Assembly (NCBI GenBank): GCA_029782335.1
Contig: JAKOVA010000182.1
Span: forward strand, 27,221 to 91,220
Length of the DNA: 64,000 bases
Direction of reading: 5' to 3'
Source: Actinomycetes bacterium
GTDB taxonomy: Bacteria > Actinomycetota > Acidimicrobiia > Acidimicrobiales > Microtrichaceae
Below are positions 8,970-18,632 of this stretch, one piece after another. A program made the position numbers and the translations under genes. Within the stretch, counting starts at the first letter, position 1. Each line of letters starts with the position of its first letter. Under the pieces are notes generated by a model that was not told the origin of the DNA, searched no databases, and worked only from the letters and a program-made list of their open reading frames with translations.

Positions 8970-9039
8970 CCCGTCGGCTGGGGCCACCGCCGGCGGCGGG
9001 CGTTTCGCAGCCGGATCAGCGGCTACGTAGCCTGCTGAG

Positions 9040-10188
9040 ATGCCCGAGGCCTACATCATCGACACCGTCCGCACTCCCGTTGGCAGACGGGGAGGAGGGC
9101 TCTCCCAAGTCCATCCCGCCGATCTCGGAGCCCACACGCTCGCGGCCCTGATCGACCGCACGGGCATCGACCCCGGTGCCGTCGACGACGTCGTGATGGG
9201 ATGCGTCGACACGATCGGCCCCCAGGCCGGCGACATCGCCCGCACCGCGTGGCTCGCGGCGGGGCTGCCCGAACACGTGCCCGGCACGACGATCGACCGC
9301 CAGTGCGGATCCTCGCAACAGGCAGTGCACTTTGCGGCCCAGGGTGTCATGTCGGGCACCCAGGATCTCGTGGTGGCCTGCGGGTCACAGAGCATGTCGC
9401 AGATCCCGATCAGCTCCGCGATGCTCGTCGGTGAGCAGTTCGGATTCACCGATCCGTTCTCGGGATCCGAGGGATGGCAGAAGCGCTACGGCGATCAGGA
9501 GATCAGCCAGTTCCGGTCGGCCGAGATGATCGCCGAGAAGTGGGGGATCACCCGCGAGGACATGGAAGCGTTCGCGATCGAATCGCACGAGCGTGCGATC
9601 CGCGCTCGTGCCGAGGGACGCTTCGACCGTGAGATCGTCGAGTTGGCGGGCTTGCAGGCCGACGAGGGCCCCCGCGAACCGAACGTCGAGAAGATCCGCT
9701 CGCTCCAGCCGCTCGTCGAGGGCGGACGGGTGACCGCTGCGGTCGCATCGCAGATCTCCGACGCGTCTGCGGCGATGTTGATCGCCTCCGAACAGGCGGT
9801 CGCCGATCACGGACTGCGCCCTCGTGCCCGCATCCATCATCTGTCCGTGCGCGCGGATGACCCCGTCTACATGCTGACGGCGCCAATCGCGGCGACCCGT
9901 CACGCGCTCGCCAAGGCGGGGATGACCCTCGAGGACATCGACCTCGTCGAGATCAACGAGGCGTTCGCTTCGGTGGTGCTGGCGTGGCAGAGGGACCTCG
10001 ACGCCGACATGACCAAGGTGAACGTGAACGGTGGGGCCATCGCGCTCGGCCACCCCCTCGGCGCGACCGGCGTGCGTCTCATGACGACGTTGCTCAACGA
10101 ACTGGAGCGCACCGGTGGGCGTTACGGGCTCCAGACCATGTGTGAGGGCGGCGGTCAGGCGAACGTCACCATCATCGAGCGGCTGTAG
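9040..10188 (+). CDS. acetyl-CoA C-acyltransferase (thiolase), FadA6-like by context
   Basis: 382-aa ORF. Thiolase motifs present (TIDRQCGSSQQAV, NVNGGAIALGHPLGATG, CEGGGQA). Confidence 0.9.
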   Translation: MPEAYIIDTVRTPVGRRGGGLSQVHPADLGAHTLAALIDRTGIDPGAVDDVVMGCVDTIGPQAGDIARTAWLAAGLPEHVPGTTIDRQCGSSQQAVHFAAQGVMSGTQDLVVACGSQSMSQIPISSAMLVGEQFGFTDPFSGSEGWQKRYGDQEISQFRSAEMIAEKWGITREDMEAFAIESHERAIRARAEGRFDREIVELAGLQADEGPREPNVEKIRSLQPLVEGGRVTAAVASQISDASAAMLIASEQAVADHGLRPRARIHHLSVRADDPVYMLTAPIAATRHALAKAGMTLEDIDLVEINEAFASVVLAWQRDLDADMTKVNVNGGAIALGHPLGATGVRLMTTLLNELERTGGRYGLQTMCEGGGQANVTIIERL

Positions 10189-10206
10189 CGGATCGGGTGT
10201 GGGCGG

Positions 10207-11325
10207 GTGCGTGTCCTGACCGACAGCGACATCCGGCGTCTCCGGTTGTCGAGCCAGTGGCTCGCACCGCGTCGTGACGCGCGCCCGATCGAGGTGGTCG
10301 AGCATCTCGGCGCGCTCCAGGCGCAGGAGTTGTGGAGCGGCCAGTGGTCCATCGGTGCCCGCTCTGGGGGCATCGACGCCGAAGCGGTGCACGACAGCGG
10401 CCTCGACCGTGAGATCCTCCGTACCTGGCCGATGCGCGGCACGATCCACTTCGTCCCCGCGCGTGACGCGGGTTGGATGCTCGATCTCGGTCGGACCACG
10501 GCCTTCCGCGGGGTTGAGCGTCGGCGCGAGTTCCTGAAGTTGGACGAGGCCGACGCCATTGCGGCGATCGACGTGCTGCGCGACGCCCTCGCGGAAGGAA
10601 CGCCGGTGGCGCGCAGCGAGTGTCAACGGATTCTCGAAGACGCCGGCGTACTCAAGGACCGCCGCCAGCTCTACCACTTGCTCTGGTTCGCCTCGCAGCA
10701 CGGGGCCACGGCGATCGGTCCGGAACTCGGCAAGGAGCCGAGCTACGTCAACCTCGACGCGTGGGTAACGGCGCCGCGGGCGCTCACCCGGGATGAAGCG
10801 TTGGCAGAACTCGCCGTCCGCTACTTCGCCGGCCACGGTCCGGCGCCGCAAAAGGAGCTGGCGCGGTGGAGCGCGCTCCCGGCAGCGGACGTGAAGCGGG
10901 CGGTGGCCGGCGCCGGCGAGCGCTTGGTGAAGGTCGCCACCGAGCGAGGCGAGATGCTGATGGACGCCACCGTCGCCGAAGGCCTCGGTTCCGCCCCGAT
11001 CGACCCGCCTGACCCTGCGCGGGATGTGCTGTTGCTCGGAGGCTTCGACGAGTACGTCCTCGGCTACGGCGACCGCTCGACGATGATGACGCCCGAGCAG
11101 GCGAAGCTGGTCGTACCGGGCGGCAACGGGGTGTTTCGTCCGACCGTCATCGACGACGGCGTGGTGATCGGCACATGGAAGCGCGCCACGAAGAGGGCCC
11201 ACGTCGACATCACCGTGTCGCCGTTCGGGCGCCTCGTCGCTCGACAGCGTCGCGGCCTGGAGCGGGCGGGCGCAGAGTACGGCGAGTTCCTCGGCCTCGA
11301 GGCGCGCGTCACCGTCGCCGCCTGA
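10207..11325 (+). CDS. winged-helix DNA-binding protein of the AlkZ/YcaQ-like DNA glycosylase family
   Basis: 372-aa ORF with GTG start. N-terminal RLRLSSQWL...VEHLGALQAQELW (QxQ-type motif) and TWPMRGTIHFVPA are typical of this family as I recall it. Confidence 0.65.
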   Translation: MRVLTDSDIRRLRLSSQWLAPRRDARPIEVVEHLGALQAQELWSGQWSIGARSGGIDAEAVHDSGLDREILRTWPMRGTIHFVPARDAGWMLDLGRTTAFRGVERRREFLKLDEADAIAAIDVLRDALAEGTPVARSECQRILEDAGVLKDRRQLYHLLWFASQHGATAIGPELGKEPSYVNLDAWVTAPRALTRDEALAELAVRYFAGHGPAPQKELARWSALPAADVKRAVAGAGERLVKVATERGEMLMDATVAEGLGSAPIDPPDPARDVLLLGGFDEYVLGYGDRSTMMTPEQAKLVVPGGNGVFRPTVIDDGVVIGTWKRATKRAHVDITVSPFGRLVARQRRGLERAGAEYGEFLGLEARVTVAA

Positions 11326-11398
11326 GCAACACCACCTGGCGCGGGCGGTCGGGAGCGGTTGGGTAACGTGGCCGGGCCGACTGCCCGGAGACCGCCTC

Positions 11399-12196
11399 GT
11401 GCCGACGACGGAACCGACAGCCAACAACGATTCCCTCACCCTGTGCGACATCGGTGTGCGCTTCGGGGGTGTGACCGCACTCGACGCGGTGAGCTTGTCG
11501 ATTCCCCCGGGCCAGCTCTGCGGGCTGATCGGCGCCAACGGTGCTGGCAAGACCACCCTCTTCGACGTTGTGAGCGGTGTCCGGCTCCCTGATGCCGGCA
11601 CCGTTCGCCTGGGTGGCCGTGACGTGACGCGGTGGAGCCCGCACCGCCGTGCACGCGCCGGGCTGCGACGCACCTTCCAACGCGTCCAGGTGTTCGGATG
11701 GCTCACCGTCGAAGAGAACCTCCTCGTTGCTTCCGAGTGGCGTGGTGGCGGTGGCGGGGTCGTGGCCGATCTCGTCGCGTCGCCCACTCGACGGCGTCGC
11801 GAGCGTGAGCGTCGGGAGCGCGCGCGGGAGGTGCTCGAACAGTGCGGTCTCACCTCGATCCGCGATCGCAGCGCCGCGGGGCTGCCGATCGGCACCGCGC
11901 GGCTCGTCGAGATGGGTCGCGCGCTGATGGAACGACCCGCGCTGCTGCTCTTGGATGAGCCCGCCTCGGGCCTCGACGTCGCCGACGCCCAGCGTTTCGG
12001 TGACCTGGTGTCCGGCGTTGCCGAAGGCGGCGACACCGCCGTTTTGCTCGTCGAGCACGATGTCGGGTTTGTGATGGACCGTTGCCACAGAGTGGTCGTG
12101 TTGCACCTCGGCGCGGTACTCGCAGACGGCGCACCAGACACGGTGCGCGCCGATCCGCGGGTGCTCGAGGCCTATCTCGGAGCGGGGGCCACATGA
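11399..12196 (+). CDS. ABC transporter ATP-binding protein, LivG-like
   Basis: Walker A GANGAGKTT, signature LPIGTARLVEMGRAL, Walker B LLLLDEPASGL. Confidence 0.85.
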   Translation: MPTTEPTANNDSLTLCDIGVRFGGVTALDAVSLSIPPGQLCGLIGANGAGKTTLFDVVSGVRLPDAGTVRLGGRDVTRWSPHRRARAGLRRTFQRVQVFGWLTVEENLLVASEWRGGGGGVVADLVASPTRRRRERERRERAREVLEQCGLTSIRDRSAAGLPIGTARLVEMGRALMERPALLLLDEPASGLDVADAQRFGDLVSGVAEGGDTAVLLVEHDVGFVMDRCHRVVVLHLGAVLADGAPDTVRADPRVLEAYLGAGAT

Positions 12197-12266
12197 CGGC
12201 ACTCGCGGCACCGGCCCGGCCCACCGATCTCCGCCCAATCCGATCGTCCCGCTCAAAGGAGAGCTC

Positions 12267-13532
12267 ATGAACAAGCACCGAATGGCCGTTGTCGCCGCGA
12301 TCATGGCGCCGGCGCTGTTGTTGATGTCGTGTTCCAAGTCGGTGAAAGACGACGGAACCGGAACCACCCGACCCTCAGGTGGGGCGACCACTCCGGAGCC
12401 CACGACCCGCACGACACGGGGCGTGACCGACACCTCGATCAAGGTTGGCGGCATCACCTACGCGCTCTACTTCGGTGACGCTGCGCTCGGGGTCGAGGCG
12501 CGGCTGAAGCAGGCGAACGACGCCGGCGGCGTGCACGGCCGCACCATCGAGTTCGTCGGCGTGGACGAGAACAACAACAACGAGGACAGCGGCGACCAGG
12601 ATCGGGTCAAGGCGCTCGTGGAACAGAAGCAGGTCTTTGCCCTGCTGCCGGTCATGACCGGCGGATTCGGCGGTGGTGACTACGTCGCCGAGCACAACAT
12701 CCCGATGTTCGGGTGGGGGATCAACCCGGCATTCTGCGAGGGGACCAGCGCGTTCGGCATCACCGGATGCGTGACCAATCCGTCGCTCAAGGTGGGCTCG
12801 AACGCGCTCGGCACGTCGCTCAAGGAGTTGTTCAAGGGCGACACCGACAAGACGATCGCCTTCATCGCCGAGGACAACGCTGCGGGCAAGGGCGGGCTCA
12901 CGCTGCTGAAGAACTCGGTGGAGAACCTCGGGTTCCGTGTCGTCGCTGCCGACGCGTCGCTCCCGGCGCCTCCGGAGCAGCCGGGCGATGTCTCGCCGTT
13001 CGTGAACTCGATGCTCACCTCGAACAGCGGCAAGGCTCCCGATGTGATCTACATCCAGGCGACGCTCGCCGGAACCAAGATCGCCAACGCGCTCCAGTCC
13101 GGTGGCTTCAAGGGGATGATCATCACGCCGTCCTACAGCCCGTTGCTGTTGGGCCAGCCCGGCTACGACGGCGTGTACGTCAACACGCAGCTCGGCATGG
13201 ACCCGAGCCTCCCGCCGAACGTCGAGATGATGAACGCCGTGCACGCCATCAAGGCCGACCAGAAGATGAGCCTCGCGCTCATCGCCGGCTACTACACCGC
13301 CGACCTGTTCATCAAGGGCCTCGAGGCCACCGGTCGGGACCTCACGGTCGAGTCGTTCCTCAAGACACTCAACGACGGGTTCACCTACTCGGTCGACGGC
13401 GTGGTCGGGAAGTCCACGTGGCCTGCCAACCATGAGACGCCGGTGCCGTGCAGCGTGATGACCAAGGTCGAGAACAAGCAGTTCGACTACATCCAGAAGC
13501 TCGTCTGCGGCACCAACATCACCATCAAGTGA
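12267..13532 (+). CDS. ABC substrate-binding lipoprotein, LivJ/K (branched-chain amino acid type) family
   Basis: SD AAGGAGAG lies upstream of the ATG. Lipobox LLLMSCS. Periplasmic-binding-protein type 1-like sequence. Confidence 0.85.
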   Translation: MNKHRMAVVAAIMAPALLLMSCSKSVKDDGTGTTRPSGGATTPEPTTRTTRGVTDTSIKVGGITYALYFGDAALGVEARLKQANDAGGVHGRTIEFVGVDENNNNEDSGDQDRVKALVEQKQVFALLPVMTGGFGGGDYVAEHNIPMFGWGINPAFCEGTSAFGITGCVTNPSLKVGSNALGTSLKELFKGDTDKTIAFIAEDNAAGKGGLTLLKNSVENLGFRVVAADASLPAPPEQPGDVSPFVNSMLTSNSGKAPDVIYIQATLAGTKIANALQSGGFKGMIITPSYSPLLLGQPGYDGVYVNTQLGMDPSLPPNVEMMNAVHAIKADQKMSLALIAGYYTADLFIKGLEATGRDLTVESFLKTLNDGFTYSVDGVVGKSTWPANHETPVPCSVMTKVENKQFDYIQKLVCGTNITIK

Positions 13533-13568
13533 TCGGCCGTCGATCGACATCTTGACGACTCCTCGACA

Positions 13569-16424
13569 ATGACCCAGTTCCTGAGCCTGCTGCTCGCCGG
13601 CGCGATCTCCGGTGGCCTCTACGCCATGGTCGCGTCGGGACTGGTCCTGACCTATCAGGCGTCGGGAGTCTTCAACCTCGGACACGGGGCGGTGGCGTTC
13701 GTCACCGCCCTCGTCTACTTCCTGCTGCATCAACCGGCCTCGGCCGGCGGAGCGGGGCTGGCGATCCTGCCGGCGGCGGTGATCTCGATTGGAATCGTCG
13801 CTCCGCTGCTGGGCGCGCTGCTTCACGTCGCCGTTTTCAAGCGGCTGGCGCACGCGCCGATCGCGGCTCGCCTCGTCGGGACCGTCGGCGTGCTGGTGGC
13901 CGTGCCGGCACTCGCCATCCTGGCGGTGGACATCGCCAACGACGTGTTCGACGCGGGGCTGCCGAGCGTCGCGGGTGATGCCGGAGTGGCGCCACCCGGG
14001 TTGGGTCCGACCCCACCGCGGAACTTCGTGCTGGCGACCGGCATTTCGGTCAACTCCGACCAACTCGCCATCGTCGTGTTCGCTGCGCTGTCGGCGGTGG
14101 GTCTCTGGCTCCTGCTGCGGCACACGCGTCTCGGCCTCGAAACCCGGGCCGGCGTCGATCGGGCGGTGCTCGCCCGGCTCCGGGGGATCGATACCGACCG
14201 CTCCTCGAGAATCGTGTGGGCGCTCTCCTCGATGTTGGCGGGTGCCGCCGGGGTGTTGATCGCTCCGTTGTTCGACCTGGCGCCGATGACGTTCCACATG
14301 ATCGTCTTCACCTCGTTCACCGCAGTCGTCGCCGCCCGGCTGCGGTCGATGCCGCTGACCTTCGTGGCGGGTATTGCGCTCGGTGCGGTGCAGAACCTGG
14401 TGTACGGCTACTCGCCGCAGTTCCTCGCTTCGATCTCGGGGTTTCGCTCGTCGGTGCCCTTCATCCTCTTGTTCGTCCTGTTGTTTTTCGTGCAGGGCCG
14501 TGGTGGGCGCGCGGCCGGATCGATCGTCGAGGACATCGCCCCCGCGGTTGCGGATGCCGCCGGGAGTTCGTGGCGGCGACGGGTGTCGTGGGCGCTCGCA
14601 GCGGTGGCGTTCGTCGCGATCGGGTGTTTCGTCGCTGACAGCTTCTGGAGCGGGGTGCTCAGCCGCGGACTCGTCTTGGCGCTCGTGTTCCTGTCGTTCG
14701 TCGTCGTCACCGGAATCGGCGGCATGGTCAACCTTGCGCAGGCGGCGTTCGTGACCGTCGGTGGGTTCACGGCGGGTTGGCTCGTCAACCACCAGTGGCC
14801 CTCGACCGTTCCGGTCCTGATGGACAACGGCCGGCTGACCTTCTGGTCGGCGATGGTGGTCGCAGTGGTCGTCGCGGCGCTCGTCGGTGTCGTGGTGGCG
14901 CTGCCGTCGTTGCGTCTCGGAGGGTTGACCCTCGCGCTGGCGACGCTCGCGCTCGCGTTCGTCGGTGACCGACTCGTGTTCCAGCTCGAAGGCGTCCGGA
15001 ACGGGTCACGCGGCTGGTCGGTGCGTCGGCCGGCGCTCGGGTCGATCGACCTGGCGGATGACCGGACATTGTTCGTCGTGCTGTGCGTTGTGGTCGCCGC
15101 GGTCGTGTGGGTGGTCCACAACCTCGCACGATCGGCAACCGGCCGGACCTTGCTCGCGCTCCGCTCGTCGGAGGTCGCCGCAGCGACCTCGGGCGTGAAT
15201 CCGTTGCGGGCGAAGCTGGTGCTCTTCGCCGTGTCCGCCGGGTTCGCCGGGTTTGCCGGAGCGTGGTTCGCGGTCGTCAACTCGCCGATCACGAACCGCA
15301 GTGCGCCCACGTTGCTCGGGCTCATCTGGTTGGCCGTCGCCGTGACCTTCGGGATCCGTCGGCCCGGTGGCGCTGTGGTGGCCGGTGTGGTGTACGCGGT
15401 GCTGCCGGTGGTCCTCGACGGGATCGGCACCGACTGGGGTGTCCCGTTCAGCTCGCTGCCCGAGTCGCTGCGTGCCCTCATCGCAACGCCCGAGTTGTCC
15501 GCCGCGCTGTTCGGCCTCGGCGCCGTCGCGCTCGCTCGTCAGCCAGACGGCCTCTTCGGCGCACGACACGGCGCCGCGCCGCAAGGTCGCCGCCGACGCT
15601 CCGCGCCCGACGCCTCGCCACCCGAGGCCGTGGACGTGGAGACTCCGTCACCCGCCGCCGTCACAGCGCCGGAGCGCACCTCGACTCCCGTCCCGCCCCC
15701 GCCGTCTGCGCCGCCTCCGTCCTCGACGACGCTGTTGTCGCTCCGGGACGTCGACGCGGGCTACGGCGACGTCACGGTGCTGCACGGTGTCGATCTCGAC
15801 CTCCCGGCCGGATCGGTCGTGGCCGTCCTCGGTGCCAACGGCGCGGGCAAGTCGACGCTGTGCGGACTGATCGCCGGCACCGTCGCGGCGAGCACCGGGG
15901 AGTTGCGTTTCGACGGCGCCGACATCTCGGCGCTGCCGCCCCATGCTCGGGCGCGGCTGGGCATCACCCTCGCTCCTGAAGCACGAGGGATCTTCCCGGG
16001 GCTGTCCGTCGAGGACAACCTCGCGGTCGCCTTGCGCGACCGAGCACGGATCCGCTGGGCGTTCGAACGCTTCCCGATTCTCGAAGAACGACGGAACTTC
16101 GCTGCCGACCTGCTCTCCGGTGGTGAACAACAGCAGCTCGCGATGGCCTCCGTATTGGCGGATCCGCCTCGGCTGTTCATCGCAGACGAGCCGTCGTTGG
16201 GTCTGTCGCCGATGATGACGGCGGCGGTCTTCGAGATCCTCGAGGAGCTCAAGGCCGCCGGAGTGACGATGGTGCTCGTCGAGGAGCAGGCGGGCGCCGC
16301 GCTGGCACTCGCGGACCACGCCGTGGTTCTGGATCTCGGTCGAGTGGTGTGGTCGGGGCCGGCTGACGAGCTTGATCGTGAGCAACTCGGCGCCGCCTAT
16401 CTCGGCAGCCGGACCAGCACCTGA
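13569..16424 (+). CDS. fused LivH-like permease / LivM-like permease / LivF-like ATPase (951 aa)
   Basis: N-terminus LLAGAISGGLYAMVASGLVLTYQASGVFNLGHGA (LivH type). Second permease block from about residue 330. Pro-rich linker, then an ABC ATPase (GANGAGKSTL, LSGGEQQQLAMA, LFIADEPSLGLSP). A single uninterrupted frame. Confidence 0.85.
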   Translation: MTQFLSLLLAGAISGGLYAMVASGLVLTYQASGVFNLGHGAVAFVTALVYFLLHQPASAGGAGLAILPAAVISIGIVAPLLGALLHVAVFKRLAHAPIAARLVGTVGVLVAVPALAILAVDIANDVFDAGLPSVAGDAGVAPPGLGPTPPRNFVLATGISVNSDQLAIVVFAALSAVGLWLLLRHTRLGLETRAGVDRAVLARLRGIDTDRSSRIVWALSSMLAGAAGVLIAPLFDLAPMTFHMIVFTSFTAVVAARLRSMPLTFVAGIALGAVQNLVYGYSPQFLASISGFRSSVPFILLFVLLFFVQGRGGRAAGSIVEDIAPAVADAAGSSWRRRVSWALAAVAFVAIGCFVADSFWSGVLSRGLVLALVFLSFVVVTGIGGMVNLAQAAFVTVGGFTAGWLVNHQWPSTVPVLMDNGRLTFWSAMVVAVVVAALVGVVVALPSLRLGGLTLALATLALAFVGDRLVFQLEGVRNGSRGWSVRRPALGSIDLADDRTLFVVLCVVVAAVVWVVHNLARSATGRTLLALRSSEVAAATSGVNPLRAKLVLFAVSAGFAGFAGAWFAVVNSPITNRSAPTLLGLIWLAVAVTFGIRRPGGAVVAGVVYAVLPVVLDGIGTDWGVPFSSLPESLRALIATPELSAALFGLGAVALARQPDGLFGARHGAAPQGRRRRSAPDASPPEAVDVETPSPAAVTAPERTSTPVPPPPSAPPPSSTTLLSLRDVDAGYGDVTVLHGVDLDLPAGSVVAVLGANGAGKSTLCGLIAGTVAASTGELRFDGADISALPPHARARLGITLAPEARGIFPGLSVEDNLAVALRDRARIRWAFERFPILEERRNFAADLLSGGEQQQLAMASVLADPPRLFIADEPSLGLSPMMTAAVFEILEELKAAGVTMVLVEEQAGAALALADHAVVLDLGRVVWSGPADELDREQLGAAYLGSRTST

Positions 16425-16451
16425 CGCGTCGCGGCGAGGGTGCCCCGGCGT

Positions 16452-17264
16452 TCACGTGCTCCGAGGGACGGAAGTCGCTGTGGCCGTCGCGGAGCTCGTG
16501 TCGAAGTCGCGAAGCCACAACGCGTACCACGAGGGGTCGACAAGTTTCGTGGGGTGGTGGGAGGTGAAACACGACACCGCGAGTGTCGGCAGGATCTCCA
16601 TTCCTGCGCTCAACGACCACATGACCAGCCGTGCCCACGCGAGCGGGTTCCACAGCCGACGGGCTGACCAGAGCTGCGCGAACGTGCCCGCGACGACGGC
16701 GGCGACGAAGAGGCACAGCGCCAGCACGGCGTTGCGGGCGTAGCGGCTCGGCCGGCCGTCGAGTGCCCACCACAGATCGAAGCCCACGGACTTGTGCTCG
16801 ACTTCCTCGGCGAGGTGCCACACATACATCCGGCTCACCACCGGATCCGCGCCGCCCTGGAACAGCGGGAGGTGCGCACTCGTCCAGCGGGCCAACGAGT
16901 ACGCGATGCACTCGAGCGCTGCGGTCAGCGCCAGGTTCGACGCGAGCGAGCGACGCCCGAGGCGGGCAAAGACCCAACGGAGCGCCCGCTCCACGTGTCG
17001 GACGCCGGGTGAGACCGCTCGAACCGCCGCGTTGAAGCGGCGGTGCTCGTGCTGATGGGCGAGCTCCTGGGCGGCGAACGCCTCGGCGGTGTCACCGAGG
17101 GGTCCCCCGAGCGATTTCGAGGCGAGTCGGGCCGTGCGTGCCACGAACGGTTCCGCGAACGGCATGATCAGCGAGACCGCGTTCGCTGCCGCGACGAACT
17201 CCGGTGCGGCCGGGTTCCACCACGGGTTGGTCCGCTCGTCGATACCGAACGCCACGCGTCGCAC
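16452..17264 (-). CDS. predicted metal-dependent hydrolase family protein
   Basis: 270-aa ORF with His/Glu-rich motifs (AQELAHQHEHRRF, WHLAEEVEHKSVGFDLW) and hydrophobic C-terminal segments. Confidence 0.6.
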   Translation of the reverse strand: MRRVAFGIDERTNPWWNPAAPEFVAAANAVSLIMPFAEPFVARTARLASKSLGGPLGDTAEAFAAQELAHQHEHRRFNAAVRAVSPGVRHVERALRWVFARLGRRSLASNLALTAALECIAYSLARWTSAHLPLFQGGADPVVSRMYVWHLAEEVEHKSVGFDLWWALDGRPSRYARNAVLALCLFVAAVVAGTFAQLWSARRLWNPLAWARLVMWSLSAGMEILPTLAVSCFTSHHPTKLVDPSWYALWLRDFDTSSATATATSVPRST

Positions 17265-17374
17265 CGGGAGCGGACGCAGGGGTGACGCCGGCGATGCGGT
17301 GGCGCGCGGGGGGTCGGGTGGTGCGGCGATGGGTTCCTATCGGCCGCTGATCGCCTGCCGGGAGCGGTCGGAAC

Positions 17375-17388
17375 GAGAACGTGTTCTA
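17375..17388. promoter_or_regulatory. KstR-type operator-like box GAGAACGTGTTCTA
   Basis: Matches 7 of the 8 specified positions of the KstR consensus TnnAACnnGTTnnA, with perfect AGAAC/GTTCT arms. Located 13 nt upstream of the ACAD start at 17401, in a divergent intergenic region. Confidence 0.5.
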
Positions 17389-17400
17389 CATTGATCGCCC

Positions 17401-18630
17401 GTGGATTTCGACGACACACCCGCCGAGGCTGAGTTCCGTGCCGAGGTACGAACGTTTCTCGAAGCGCATGCGTCGCTCAAACGAGGCGACGAATCCGATT
17501 GGTCACGCAACGGTGCCGCCACCGACCCCGAGGTCGCGGCCGACTTCCGGCGGCGTTGCCACGAGTGGCAGGCGTTGCTCGCCGACGAAGGGTGGGCGGG
17601 AATCACCTGGCCGAAGGCCTTCGGCGGCCGTGGGGGAACGCCAGCCCAGCAGATCATCTTCAATCAGGAACTCGCCCGCTTCGACGCGACGTCGGGGTTC
17701 CTGACCGCTGCGCTGGCGCTCGTCGGCCCGACGATCATGACCCACGGGACGCCAGAACAACAGCAGCGCTATCTCCCGAAGCTGCTGCGCGGCGACGAGA
17801 CGTGGTGCCAGCTCTTCAGCGAACCGGGAGCCGGAAGCGACCTGTCCGCGCTCTCGACGCGGGCCGTGCGTGACGGTGACGAGTTCGTGGTCAACGGCCA
17901 GAAGGTGTGGAACTCCTCCGCGCAGCACGCCGACTTCGGAATCCTCATCACCCGCACCAACCCCGATGTCCCCAAGCACGAGGGCATCACCTACTTCATC
18001 CTCGACATGCGGACACCCGGCGTAGAGGTACGGCCGCTCGTGCAGGCGCAAGGCGTCGCACACTTCAACGAGGTGTTCCTCTCCGACGTTCGGATCCCCC
18101 TCGAGAACGTCGTGGGGGAGATCGACGGCGGTTGGAAGGTCACCCGAACCACCCTGCGCAACGAGTCCTCGATGATCGGTGGCGCGGGGCAGGCGACCAC
18201 CTTCGCGGCCGTGTTGTCGACCGCCGCCCGTTGTGGTCGCACCAACGACCCGGTGGTCCGCCAAGAGCTCGCGAAGGTCTGGTCCAACGAACAGATCCTC
18301 CGCTACCTCCAGATGCGGATGCAGACGGCGGTGATGACCGGCCGTTACGAGCTCGCCGTTCACGGTTCGCTCCTCAAGAACTTCTTCACCCGGGCGCTCG
18401 CACACCGGGTCACCTTGGGCCTCGACGTGGAGGGTGCCGAGGCGATGCTGAACCACGAGGCAGAAGGCGACGGGTTCTGGCAGTACCAGTGCCTCAACCA
18501 GTTCGCCTCACGCATCGGCGGTGGCACCGAGGAGGTGCACCGCAACAATCTGGCCGAACAGGCGCTCGGCCTCCCTCGCGACATCCGCAGCGACCTCGAC
18601 GTCCCGTGGAAGGACCTCCCGAAGGGATAG
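17401..18630 (+). CDS. acyl-CoA dehydrogenase
   Basis: 409-aa ORF with GTG start. ACAD motifs present (WCQLFSEPGAGSDLS, GGTEEVHRNNLAEQALGLPRD). Confidence 0.9.
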   Translation: MDFDDTPAEAEFRAEVRTFLEAHASLKRGDESDWSRNGAATDPEVAADFRRRCHEWQALLADEGWAGITWPKAFGGRGGTPAQQIIFNQELARFDATSGFLTAALALVGPTIMTHGTPEQQQRYLPKLLRGDETWCQLFSEPGAGSDLSALSTRAVRDGDEFVVNGQKVWNSSAQHADFGILITRTNPDVPKHEGITYFILDMRTPGVEVRPLVQAQGVAHFNEVFLSDVRIPLENVVGEIDGGWKVTRTTLRNESSMIGGAGQATTFAAVLSTAARCGRTNDPVVRQELAKVWSNEQILRYLQMRMQTAVMTGRYELAVHGSLLKNFFTRALAHRVTLGLDVEGAEAMLNHEAEGDGFWQYQCLNQFASRIGGGTEEVHRNNLAEQALGLPRDIRSDLDVPWKDLPKG

Positions 18631-18632
18631 CC

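Noticed and set aside
9021-9032. 12-bp perfect palindrome GGCTACGTAGCC just upstream of the thiolase start, considered as an operator
   Set aside because: It is a single occurrence inside an operon, 8 nt before the ATG. It is more simply explained as a local mRNA hairpin or chance, and no second copy was found.
9385-12141. 918-aa minus-strand ORF, plus similar giants at 12375..14792 (-), 6579..8402 (-), 28584..30776 (+), 24501..25952 (+), 52961..54121 (-) and the upstream 496 codons of 61769..63634 (-)
   Set aside because: They run antisense to, or out of frame with, genes that have clear family motifs. They are Arg/Pro/Gly/His-rich with no recognisable domains. Such long stop-free frames are the expected artefact in very GC-rich DNA.
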